Notes under the pieces: generated by a model | The model's database searches: none | What the model saw: only the letters and a program-made list of their open reading frames with translations | Told to the model about the DNA's origin: nothing | Assembly: GCA_028690055.1 (NCBI GenBank) | Contig: JAQVBZ010000005.1 | Coordinates: forward strand, 379-64,378 | Length of the DNA: 64,000 bases | Source of the DNA: Minisyncoccota bacterium | GTDB taxonomy: Bacteria > Patescibacteriota > Minisyncoccia > JAHIHE01 > JAGLIN01 | Direction of reading: 5' to 3' | Translations under genes and position numbers: made by a program | Part shown: positions 1 to 11,244 of the stretch, one piece after another | Numbering within the stretch: position 1 is the first letter of the stretch | How the letters are laid out: every line of letters starts with the position of its first letter

Positions 1-12
1 ACAAGCATATAC

Positions 13-199
13 CTATGAGCCATTATCAACATAATACAATTCCAACGTTTTCTGTATTTCTCCGATGTCCGATTGTCTTTTTGAATCTCTCGCTCGCGCA
101 GCGTTTAAGAGAGGTCTGAGAGATGCTCGCCAAAATACTCGCAATAACCATCGCAACTAAGAGCGCAATCAATGCAAAACCACTCTGTCCAGAATCCAT
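13..199 (-). pseudogene. Degenerate type IV pilin / GspG-like pseudogene
   Basis: Manual translation gives MDSGQSGFALIALLVAMVIASILASISQTSL. After a one-base frameshift at the CTTAAACGC run (~104-106) it continues NAARARDSKRQSDIGEIQKTLELYYVDNGS then TAG, the typical pilin helix ending where YP is expected. Confidence 0.7.
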
Positions 200-330
200 G
201 AGGACGCAATTTATAAAATAATCTCATCAGAAATACACAGAACATCAAGTTCTATTCTCCATGCTGAATCATAATAACATGTCTATGCTATTTTTTCAAC
301 CCGAAAATTGCTCCGCCGTACCTACCAACC

Positions 331-2524
<2,194 letters not shown>

Positions 2525-2550
2525 GCCGAAATGACACAATTCCGACATTT

Positions 2551-3357
2551 CTAATACACGAGCATCCCCAAATACCAGACCATTATTTCGCTTCCCCAGA
2601 AATAACTTATCACCAATCCCAGTATCAAAAACGGTCCGAAAGGCAAAGCGCTTTTCATTTTTTTCTTGCGCAGTATTATCATCACGAGCCCCACGATTGC
2701 CCCAGACACGAAAGCGATAAATAGCGCAAGGAAAGTCTTCGAGAAGCCCAATGTCATCCCCATCAGGAATCCCAGTTTCACGTCTCCGCCCCCCATACCC
2801 TCTCCCTTAGTGATCCATATCAGAAACAAGAAAAATCCGCTGACGAGCATAGCCGCACCCAAAAAATCAAGAAATATATCAATATCAAGCCCGGTTGTCG
2901 ACAGAGCATTAATAAGGAGAAGCAAGAAAGATACGCCAATTGCAGGAAAAACCACTTCATCGGGAATGATATAGTGCTTCAAATCAAAAACAAAAATCAC
3001 AACAAGGGATAAGAATATGAACAGCAAGAAAATGAAACGCAAGATACTCACCGTGGCAAGATCGCAAGCAGAAAAAATCTGCATAAAAAGCACGGCGGAA
3101 ATGATACCAGCTGTAATCTCCACCAACGGATACTGCCAAGAGATTTTCTTTTTGCAATATCGGCACTTGCCCCGCAAAAATAAAAAGCTCAGCACTGGAA
3201 AGAGATCATACCAGGCCAGCTGATGAGAACAGAAAAGGCATTTTGAACGAGATTTGACGATACTGTCTTTCGTGTGCAAGCGGAATATCACCACATTAAG
3301 AAAGCTACCAAACATCAGCCCAAAGACAAAGACCACCAGCAAAATAAAATAATCCAT
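2551..3357 (-). CDS. pilD: Prepilin peptidase (A24)
   Basis: GSFLNVVIFR, two CxxC pairs, GMGGGDVKL and PFGPFL motifs; multi-pass membrane protein. Confidence 0.95.
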   Translation of the reverse strand: MDYFILLVVFVFGLMFGSFLNVVIFRLHTKDSIVKSRSKCLFCSHQLAWYDLFPVLSFLFLRGKCRYCKKKISWQYPLVEITAGIISAVLFMQIFSACDLATVSILRFIFLLFIFLSLVVIFVFDLKHYIIPDEVVFPAIGVSFLLLLINALSTTGLDIDIFLDFLGAAMLVSGFFLFLIWITKGEGMGGGDVKLGFLMGMTLGFSKTFLALFIAFVSGAIVGLVMIILRKKKMKSALPFGPFLILGLVISYFWGSEIMVWYLGMLVY

Positions 3358-3602
3358 ATTAAAAGTTATGATTATAACTATGCTATTGCATATTATTAGG
3401 AATGCAGTTTTTATACCCTAACTTGGCCTCGCTACGCCTTGGCATCGACGTGAACGTATCCGTCTAAAAGCCACACCAAAGACAACCGATACGATTTATA
3501 ATCTATAGCCTGTTAATTATCAAGATCCCCTCTCTACAATATATCACACTTTAACAACAAAAAAACGGGCAAATGCTGTCTGCTTCCTTCACGATTCCGA
3601 TA

Positions 3603-4046
3603 TCAATTAGCGTAGATACACTCATTGTTATTACAAGTAGCCGTTTCCCAACCACCAGTATTGTCTATTCCCGGTGTCAAAACAACTGAAAAAGTTCCTC
3701 CATCGCAATCATCATCAACCACGATTGAGCCAATAGAGGAAGCCGAAGGAAAGTCGCCATAGGAAGTGATATCGGAATAGTCTGAAGCTTTTCGACAAAT
3801 AGAATCTCCCGGCAAAGGCGAAGTATCTGCTGCAACCATTAGAGTAGTATTTACTGACTCGCAACACATTAGCAACGACGACTGTACACTTTTAGTGGTA
3901 GTCTGGAAGGAAACCCTGTTTGCCTTTATTCTAGCACCGGTTATGGAAGACATTACTATTGTCGACAATAGGCCAATGATCGAAATCACGACCAGAATTT
4001 CGATTAGAGAGAAACCCGAAATTTTTCTTCCAACAATCTTTTTCAT
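3603..4046 (-). CDS. Type IV pilin-like protein
   Basis: Class III signal G|FSLIEILVV; Cys-rich C-terminus paralogous to the adjacent pilin. Confidence 0.9.
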   Translation of the reverse strand: MKKIVGRKISGFSLIEILVVISIIGLLSTIVMSSITGARIKANRVSFQTTTKSVQSSLLMCCESVNTTLMVAADTSPLPGDSICRKASDYSDITSYGDFPSASSIGSIVVDDDCDGGTFSVVLTPGIDNTGGWETATCNNNECIYAN

Positions 4047-4115
4047 GTGTCTTATAAATTTATTTATATATTAACTTATGAACTAATAATATCACAAGTT
4101 ATATTTTTATACAAT

Positions 4116-4148
4116 TTTAAAACGGATAGTCAAACTATCCGTTTTAAA
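4116..4148. terminator. Intrinsic terminator after the putative major pilin
   Basis: Perfect hairpin TTTAAAACGGATAGT-CAA-ACTATCCGTTTTAAA. Confidence 0.75.
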
Positions 4149-4169
4149 TTTAAAATTCAGAAAAACATC

Positions 4170-4562
4170 CTAAGAGAAATCGCAACTTGTTTCAGTACAA
4201 ACTGCAGCACTTGTCAGAGTTCCTGCAAAACTAGTAGGAAGATCGATGGTCAATGTAAAGTCCCCAGCGTCACAGTCATCTGTTACTACAACAGCACCGA
4301 TACCTGTAGGATAGTTGGCGCCCCCTGTACATATCGCCGTTCCCGCATCTGCAGCAACCGCATTCAATGCAGGACTAGGTTCGTCGCAACAGAGAATAGC
4401 ACCAGACTGAATACTGGAAACTGACGACTTGTACGATGCATCCGCAGCTTTTCTTCTTGCTCCGTTAAGGGAAGTCATAGCGATGGTCGATAGAATACCG
4501 ATGATAGCGATAACTACCAAGAGCTCTATAAGGGTAAAACCTTTAGTATTATTCATTTTCAC
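4170..4562 (-). CDS. Type IV pilin (probable major pilin)
   Basis: G|FTLIELLVVIAIIGIL motif, strong GGAGGTGA Shine-Dalgarno upstream, and its own terminator. Confidence 0.92.
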   Translation of the reverse strand: MKMNNTKGFTLIELLVVIAIIGILSTIAMTSLNGARRKAADASYKSSVSSIQSGAILCCDEPSPALNAVAADAGTAICTGGANYPTGIGAVVVTDDCDAGDFTLTIDLPTSFAGTLTSAAVCTETSCDFS

Positions 4563-4666
4563 TTTTCTTCACCTCCCTTCAATTATTTTTTAGTTTATTA
4601 ATCTATATCTCTTAAACTTTGGAATTCATAATTGCATTATAGCATACGCTATTTTTTTTGCCTAGC

Positions 4667-5743
4667 CTATTTCCTAAGAAGCATCTTCAAATCGTTAGAG
4701 TTAGTAGAATAAGTCATCGCATCCTCGATAGAAATCTCTCCGTCCTTTACCATCTTCGCCAACGAGCTATTGAGCGATACCATTCCTTCATCGGCGCTGG
4801 TGTTGATTACCAGATCCAGCTGATGAACTTTATTCTCGCGAATAAGATTCTTGACTGCGGAATTCGCTTTCATAATTTCCACCGCCGGGATTCTCCCTCC
4901 CCCCACGCGCGGGATGAGTCTTTGTGAAATTACCCCCAAAAGATTACCCGCTAGCTGCGCACGAATCTGATTCTGCTGGCTAGCCGGGAAACTGTCAATA
5001 ATACGGTCGATTGTCTGCGCGGCACTGTTGGTGTGCAGCGTGGCGTAAACGAGGTGCCCAGTCTCCGCCGCAGTGATTGCCATACTGATTGTCTCCCAGT
5101 CACGAAGCTCTCCGACCAGAATTACGTCAGCATCCTCACGGAAAATCGCCCGAAGCGCATTAGAAAAAGACTTAGTGTCTGTCCCCACTTCCCGCTGATC
5201 GATCATACAACGATTCTGTGTATACACGTATTCGATAGGATCCTCAACGGTGATGATGTGCTTGAATTTCTCCAAATTGATCCTGTCGATGAGCGCCGCC
5301 AGAGTAGTGGATTTACCATGACCGGAAGGTCCTGTCACCAACACAAAACCTTGCGCCGGCTTGGTAAAATCATAAACGGACGCGGGCATACTTAGCTCTT
5401 CCAATGTTCTGATCCGGGACGAGATGAGACGGAAAGAAGCCCCCACGGAACCTCTCTGAAAGAAAGCATTGACACGAAATCTCATCTTTCCTTCCAATTC
5501 ATAGGACATATCCAACTCCTGATCCGCTAAAAACGCTTCTCTCCTTTCCTTGCTCAAAATAGACGTCACCAGCTCGAACGTATCTTGTGCCGAGAGAATT
5601 TCTTTCTTGTCGAGCGGGACCAATCTCCCGTCGATCCGCACGGTCGGATATCTGCCCACTGAAAGGTGCAGATCAGACCCTCCTTCTTCCGCAGTAATTG
5701 CCAAGAGGCTTTCCATGACTTGTTTAGAATCGATACCTGACAT
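4667..5743 (-). CDS. pilT: Type IV pilus retraction ATPase
   Basis: SDLHL, GPSGHGKSTT, EDPIE, AAETGHLV and AVKNLIRE (AIRNLIRE-like) motifs. Confidence 0.93.
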   Translation of the reverse strand: MSGIDSKQVMESLLAITAEEGGSDLHLSVGRYPTVRIDGRLVPLDKKEILSAQDTFELVTSILSKERREAFLADQELDMSYELEGKMRFRVNAFFQRGSVGASFRLISSRIRTLEELSMPASVYDFTKPAQGFVLVTGPSGHGKSTTLAALIDRINLEKFKHIITVEDPIEYVYTQNRCMIDQREVGTDTKSFSNALRAIFREDADVILVGELRDWETISMAITAAETGHLVYATLHTNSAAQTIDRIIDSFPASQQNQIRAQLAGNLLGVISQRLIPRVGGGRIPAVEIMKANSAVKNLIRENKVHQLDLVINTSADEGMVSLNSSLAKMVKDGEISIEDAMTYSTNSNDLKMLLRK

Positions 5744-5753
5744 AGTTTATATC

Positions 5754-6134
5754 TTATTTATTTAAAAATTCTTTTACCTTATCCACAACCTCAAGCGGAG
5801 TGAAGTGAGCCTTGATAATATAATCCACAGCCCCCAGTTTGAGTCCCTTCTCCACGCTGTCTTTTTGTCCCAAGTTGGTCAGCATGATTACCGGAATGCC
5901 CTTAGACACCCCCTCCTTGAGCTTTTGCAAAACAGAAAATCCGTCCATCTTCGGCATCACCACATCCAACAAAATCAGGTCCGGGTGATTTTTATCCACC
6001 ATCTCCAACCCCTGAATTCCATCAGGTGCTATCTCGACGCTGAACCCCTCCGACTCAAATTTAATCCTATACATATCGGAGATGAAAGAGTCATCCTCGA
6101 TGATTAGAATCTTATTCGTTTTTTTACCTGCCAT
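5754..6134 (-). CDS. Single-domain response regulator receiver
   Basis: IIEDD, DLILLDVVMPKMDG, T and K of a receiver domain; no output domain. Confidence 0.93.
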   Translation of the reverse strand: MAGKKTNKILIIEDDSFISDMYRIKFESEGFSVEIAPDGIQGLEMVDKNHPDLILLDVVMPKMDGFSVLQKLKEGVSKGIPVIMLTNLGQKDSVEKGLKLGAVDYIIKAHFTPLEVVDKVKEFLNK

Positions 6135-6166
6135 ATTTTTTAATTAACAGATTAAAGCCACTTGGA

Positions 6167-7924
6167 TTATTCTTCGGTCACTCTCAAAATTTCCTCTATC
6201 GTCGTCAATCCTTGTAATGCTTTCACGATACCATCTTGTTTCATAGTTATCATCCCCTGCCGTCTTGCCTCTTTCTCGATTTCGCTGTCGGTAATACTGG
6301 CATGAATAATCTTTTCCATATCAGGAGTCATATTCAGCATTTCATAGATACCGACACGCCCATTCGATCCCGAATTTTTACATTCCTTACATCCCTTCCC
6401 CCGATAAAACTTAAACCCCTTATCCAAATCAATATCCAATCTCTGGTCAAGAGGAATCTTACGTATTTCCGCTTCAACTTCAGCAGTCGTTTCTGCGGAG
6501 ATTTCAATCTCCTCTTTGCAATAGGGGCAAATCCTGCGTACCAGCCGTTGAGCAACGCAAACATTGAGCGCCGAGCCGATCAAGAACGGCTCGATCCCCA
6601 TGTCCACCAGACGCGGAATCACACCCACGGAATTGTTCGTGTGCAGCGTCGAGAGCACCAAATGCCCGGTGAGTGCCGCATGCATCGCGAGCGAGGCCGT
6701 CTCCTTATCGCGAATTTCCCCCACCATTATGATGTCCGGGTCTTGACGCAGAATCGAGCGCAACCCCGACGCAAAATCATATCCTATTTCCGGCTTCACC
6801 TGGCTCTGGTTAACGCCCGCGAGATAATATTCTACGGGATCCTCCAACGTCACAATATTGACTCCTTCCCGATTGAGTATTTTCAAAAGAGCATAAAGCG
6901 TAGTCGATTTTCCCGACCCGGTAGGCCCTGTAATCAGAATGATGCCGAACGGCTTCTCAATATTTTCGTTGAGTATCTCCAAAGCCTTGGGCCTGAGCCC
7001 CAAAGACTCCAAATTACCTATTTCCGACGTAGTGTCCAAAATACGCATCACCACCTTCTCACCATTCACGGTCGGAAACGTGGAAATACGAAGATCTACG
7101 CTCTTGGTAATATGGCCTTTCTCACTCAAATTGAAGCGAAACCTCCCATCCTGAGGCTTCCTTGTCTCGTCTATTTTCAAATTGGAAAGAATTTTGATTC
7201 TGGAGACCACCGCCGGTGCCAATTTTTTCGGCAATACAAGGCTGTCGTGCAAAACCCCGTCCAAGCGATACCGCACGCGCAAATCCTTTTCTGTAGATTC
7301 GATATGGATATCGCTTGCCTTCCCTTCGACCGCATGCGAAACGATGATATCAACCACCTTACTGATTGGAGCCTCTTCGGTAATCCGATCATTCTCAAGT
7401 TGCGAGCTTTCATCATCCTTACTCTGCGCATCCTCAATCCGATCCCCCACGTTCTCCAAAGCGTCTTTGAGTTCATCACCAAGGTTTTTGTGTTGTTTGA
7501 CGATTGTATCAAAACTGCCTTGAGAAATAAGGTACGTCTGGGTATTGATCCCATGTCTGATTGAGATGAATTTTAACGCGTCCAGAGCCTCCAGGTCATT
7601 GGGGTTTACCATACCTACCTTAAGCAAAGTACCGTCAAATTCGAACGGCAATATCTTGTAAAAAACGATAGCTTTGTCCGGAATCGCCGCAAAGACCGTA
7701 TTATCTATCACTCTGTCTTTGAGTGAAATATACGGAATCTTCAGAAAATCCGCTTTTATCTTAGTAATCTCCTCTTCTTTAAAGAATTTTTTATTCAGTA
7801 AGACATCAAAAATATTCGAGGAGTTCCTTTTTGCCTCTTCATAAGCGATACCAAGATTCTCCTTCTTGTCCACAGCGCATGTCAGCAGATACTCATAAGT
7901 TTTGTCTAATTCTTGAATATCCAT
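6167..7924 (-). CDS. pilB: Type IV pilus assembly ATPase (GspE/PilB)
   Basis: ASDIHIE, GPTGSGKSTT, LRQDPD and tetra-Cys CPYC...CKEC. Confidence 0.95.
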   Translation of the reverse strand: MDIQELDKTYEYLLTCAVDKKENLGIAYEEAKRNSSNIFDVLLNKKFFKEEEITKIKADFLKIPYISLKDRVIDNTVFAAIPDKAIVFYKILPFEFDGTLLKVGMVNPNDLEALDALKFISIRHGINTQTYLISQGSFDTIVKQHKNLGDELKDALENVGDRIEDAQSKDDESSQLENDRITEEAPISKVVDIIVSHAVEGKASDIHIESTEKDLRVRYRLDGVLHDSLVLPKKLAPAVVSRIKILSNLKIDETRKPQDGRFRFNLSEKGHITKSVDLRISTFPTVNGEKVVMRILDTTSEIGNLESLGLRPKALEILNENIEKPFGIILITGPTGSGKSTTLYALLKILNREGVNIVTLEDPVEYYLAGVNQSQVKPEIGYDFASGLRSILRQDPDIIMVGEIRDKETASLAMHAALTGHLVLSTLHTNNSVGVIPRLVDMGIEPFLIGSALNVCVAQRLVRRICPYCKEEIEISAETTAEVEAEIRKIPLDQRLDIDLDKGFKFYRGKGCKECKNSGSNGRVGIYEMLNMTPDMEKIIHASITDSEIEKEARRQGMITMKQDGIVKALQGLTTIEEILRVTEE

Positions 7925-8125
7925 AAAAATTCCTTAGAGAAAAAATGAAATTGAACCTTACTAATGTAAGCATCATGCCTTTGAGTAATGCGTCCTTGCT
8001 AAGCCTATCAGCCCCGAATCCGCGGGAATACGCATCCAATACCCTGCCACAAATACATATCCACGATTTACATAAGACAGAACTTAATTCCTCATGAAGT
8101 TTAGTCCAAGATTCTCTTCAAACGG

Positions 8126-9253
8126 CTATGCTCTCTTTTCAAAATTGTAGAGAGCCAGACCGACCGCCACTGCATAGGAAGAAGAAATCGTCCGCAACTT
8201 TTCCTCCAAGAGACTGTCATAAGAAATGTCCTGAAAAGGATTTCCTATCTCCACCGGCAGATTCATCTCTTCGGACATATATTCCTGCATACCGGGCATT
8301 TGCGATGAACCTCCCGTCAGAATTACGCCAGAAATTTTCTTGCCATTAGTATGAAGATATGCCTGCTCGTTCTTCTTGGCCTCAGAAACGATGATGCCCA
8401 AGATAGGCATAAGAATGTCTGCCAATTTCTTGTCTGAGGGAGAATTCAATCCGGATTCTTTCTTGAGAAGATTTGCCCTTTCTATATTTACCCCGAAGCT
8501 ATTGGCGACGACCTTGGTCAATTCCTCGCCTCCCACCGCAGAGATACTGTGGCTTTCCGTGACTGAACCATCGTCCACAACAGTAATACCTGTCATTTTA
8601 TACCCGATATCGATTATGATATATACACCAGGTCGGTGCCCTACCAGAGAACGAGCTAACGAGAATGATTCTGTTTCAAGCGACACCAAATCCAAGCTGA
8701 AAGCATTTGCGATTGCCAGATACTTCGCTGAAATTTCTTTCGGAATGGCAATCAAGAGTACGCGGGTATTGTCCCCACCACCGAATTGGCTGCCACTATT
8801 CACCGCCGCAGACTCTTTCCCTTTCGCATCCTGCGCATTGCGATCATTGGAAATTATGCTCCAGCCAAAAACAATCTCATCCATCGGAATCGGTATATAT
8901 TTAGGAGCATCATAATTGACTGCGGCCTCAAGCTGCTCTTTAGGCATTCGAGGAAAGGAAACTACGGAAGTGAAAGTTGAAGAAGCCGGCACAGACATCG
9001 CGACTTTATGATGCGCCACGTCCGCCGTGTTCAAAATGGTCTTCATACTCTCGATAGTATCTTTGTCCAAAGATTGGATATCTTTCTTCGCAATCGTTCC
9101 GTCAGGATTGATTCGCTTCCCCGCTTCCAGAGAAACGTAGTTCCGCAGAGCGACCCGCCCGTTATCCCAAGCGAGCTCGACAATCCTTATCCCGGTAGTT
9201 CCCAGATCTATTCCGAAGAACGAGGAAGAATTTTTACTCAAAAATGACAACAT
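8126..9253 (-). CDS. pilM: Type IV pilus assembly protein PilM
   Basis: Actin-like motifs GIDLG, IIDIG, LTGGSS and AVGLAL. Confidence 0.9.
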   Translation of the reverse strand: MLSFLSKNSSSFFGIDLGTTGIRIVELAWDNGRVALRNYVSLEAGKRINPDGTIAKKDIQSLDKDTIESMKTILNTADVAHHKVAMSVPASSTFTSVVSFPRMPKEQLEAAVNYDAPKYIPIPMDEIVFGWSIISNDRNAQDAKGKESAAVNSGSQFGGGDNTRVLLIAIPKEISAKYLAIANAFSLDLVSLETESFSLARSLVGHRPGVYIIIDIGYKMTGITVVDDGSVTESHSISAVGGEELTKVVANSFGVNIERANLLKKESGLNSPSDKKLADILMPILGIIVSEAKKNEQAYLHTNGKKISGVILTGGSSQMPGMQEYMSEEMNLPVEIGNPFQDISYDSLLEEKLRTISSSYAVAVGLALYNFEKRA

Positions 9254-9271
9254 TTAGATTTGTTTATTTTA

Positions 9272-9787
9272 TTACTCGCCCCGGACCTGAATCTTGGTCG
9301 CGGAATTCTTTTCTACCTTCGGCATCTTAATGGTAAGGATACCATTCTTCATCGAAGCCTCCACTTTATCAATCATAATATCGCAAGGCAAAATCACCGA
9401 CCTCGAGAAACTACCCCAAAAACATTCCTGATAATAATAGTTTTCCTCCGCCACCTCTTCGGCCTTCTCCCGTGAACCTCGAATAGTAACCATATCGCTG
9501 GTAACCGACAAATCCAAATCTTCCGGTCTGATTCCGCCGACAATCGACCTGATTACTACATAATCGTCGTCCTGGTACACGTCGATAGCGAGCTGCCCTT
9601 CTTCTTCCACCCCTTCCTCGTCGTTACCCCAGTTATTTTCCATCTCCGTCTCTCTGTTTACTTGCTCGTCTTTATCCTGAATAGCGATAGCGTCTTTAAT
9701 CTGTGACTCCGACTGCACCTCGGTATCGGGATAACCCTCTTCCGACCCGACGATCTTGTCCAGGAAGGATTTCTTTTGTTTCATCAT
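9272..9787 (-). CDS. Hsp20/alpha-crystallin small heat shock protein
   Basis: DVYQ...VTIRGSR...WGSFSRSVILP...NGILTIKMPK. Confidence 0.93.
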   Translation of the reverse strand: MMKQKKSFLDKIVGSEEGYPDTEVQSESQIKDAIAIQDKDEQVNRETEMENNWGNDEEGVEEEGQLAIDVYQDDDYVVIRSIVGGIRPEDLDLSVTSDMVTIRGSREKAEEVAEENYYYQECFWGSFSRSVILPCDIMIDKVEASMKNGILTIKMPKVEKNSATKIQVRGE

Positions 9788-10313
9788 ATTTTTCTTTTTT
9801 ATTTTATTAAACCTATCTTAAAAAATTGGATACAAAAAATCAAAAACCCGTTTCCAAAAAAATCTTGAAAAAAATTTTAAATCATTTTTCCTCTCTGTAT
9901 TATTTTTCATCGATGACTGCACCGATAAATACAAAACCTAAGATTATTATATCATTTTTAAAAACTACGACAAGGACCTGATATCGCGAATCGCGAATCT
10001 ATCGTATTAAACGTATCAATTATTATCCCGCTTATTATAATAATCATTATTTCTTTGTTACTGCAAGGCAAAACGAGCCGGCCTGATTATCTGTTACGCG
10101 AAAATAGCAGTATCGGTTCGGTGGTGTCATTATTGTTATGATATGCTGCCCCGTACCCCCGCAAGATTTCAACCGATGCGACGCTCTCAATGACGGCTTA
10201 CATGCCATACCACATCCTACCTTTTAGCACCGTACATTGACAATAATAGCTTTATGTACTATTGTCGACTCGTGCTATTTAAAGAACAAACATCGCTTTT
10301 TTAGGAGGAAAGC

Positions 10314-11129
10314 ATGATAGAATCTTTTCCTGATATGCCCACCGTGCCTATCAAAGGTTTAATAGAAGTAATAATCTTATTCTCTCAGCCTTGGGCCTTT
10401 CTTGAAGTTTTCATTGAAGGCGGTATATCATGGGCAGCGCTTGCTCCTTGCCCAAGATATAAAAACACCCATAAGTCTAAGGAGTTAACCGCATATCACG
10501 TGTCTCTAGGTCTTACGTTTTTCATGGCCTTCGAGGCATGTGCTAGAGTTCTTTACGGAGAATGGATACCTTTGGGAAAATTACTCGTTCTTCTTGTGCC
10601 GATGCTAATAGCAATCACACTTGAAGATTATTCGTGGCATATCATAAATCCCTCACAATCATATGGCTGGCGTAAGACTTTCGTCCAAAAACGCTATCCG
10701 GCCTGGAAGGGGTTATTCATATGTTACATTCCCATCGATTATTTCCTCTGGCTAGGAGGATCATTGACGACATTTCTTCTCCTTGGAGGAGATGTATGGT
10801 ATTGGCTGATAGTTGTGTCTTATTGTCTCCTGTTTGCCCTCCTGTTGACAATAACTATGCCCTTCGTTCACTGGATGATTCCTAAGTGGGGCGAATCGGT
10901 TATGGAGCATAGCAAGAAACATGTCGCTTTCATCGGAGAAGGCGTAAAAGCCACAGTAGACGTGTCTTTCTCTGATAGAAGACGGGGTTATACAACTATA
11001 ACAGAAGGCATATCGCCAGCGGGAAGAATAAACCCCGGCTCTGATTGCGTTTTGGAAGAATGGTTTAAATATGAAAAACCCCTTTTCCCCCTTTTGTTTT
11101 TAAAAAGATACCTAAAACGTCCGGCATAA
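10314..11129 (+). CDS. Hypothetical membrane protein
   Basis: 271-aa ORF with AGGAGG RBS and several hydrophobic segments; no family recognised. Confidence 0.7.
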   Translation: MIESFPDMPTVPIKGLIEVIILFSQPWAFLEVFIEGGISWAALAPCPRYKNTHKSKELTAYHVSLGLTFFMAFEACARVLYGEWIPLGKLLVLLVPMLIAITLEDYSWHIINPSQSYGWRKTFVQKRYPAWKGLFICYIPIDYFLWLGGSLTTFLLLGGDVWYWLIVVSYCLLFALLLTITMPFVHWMIPKWGESVMEHSKKHVAFIGEGVKATVDVSFSDRRRGYTTITEGISPAGRINPGSDCVLEEWFKYEKPLFPLLFLKRYLKRPA

Positions 11130-11182
11130 TCGCAAAAAAAATATAAACAGTATTTAAAAAAAGTAATAAAGAATATTGCAAA

Positions 11183-11216
11183 AAAAGGACAGCCCCAGAA
11201 CTGAAAGGGCTGCCCT
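11183..11216. terminator. Bidirectional terminator between convergent genes
   Basis: GGACAGCCC-loop-GGGCTGCCC hairpin flanked by A and T runs. Confidence 0.6.
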
Positions 11217-11244
11217 AATTTTATTATATATCGAGTTTCCACGA

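Noticed and set aside
6236-7564. 442-aa plus-strand ORF and many similar antisense ORFs
   Set aside because: They are shadows of well-supported genes on the opposite strand and have no motifs of their own.
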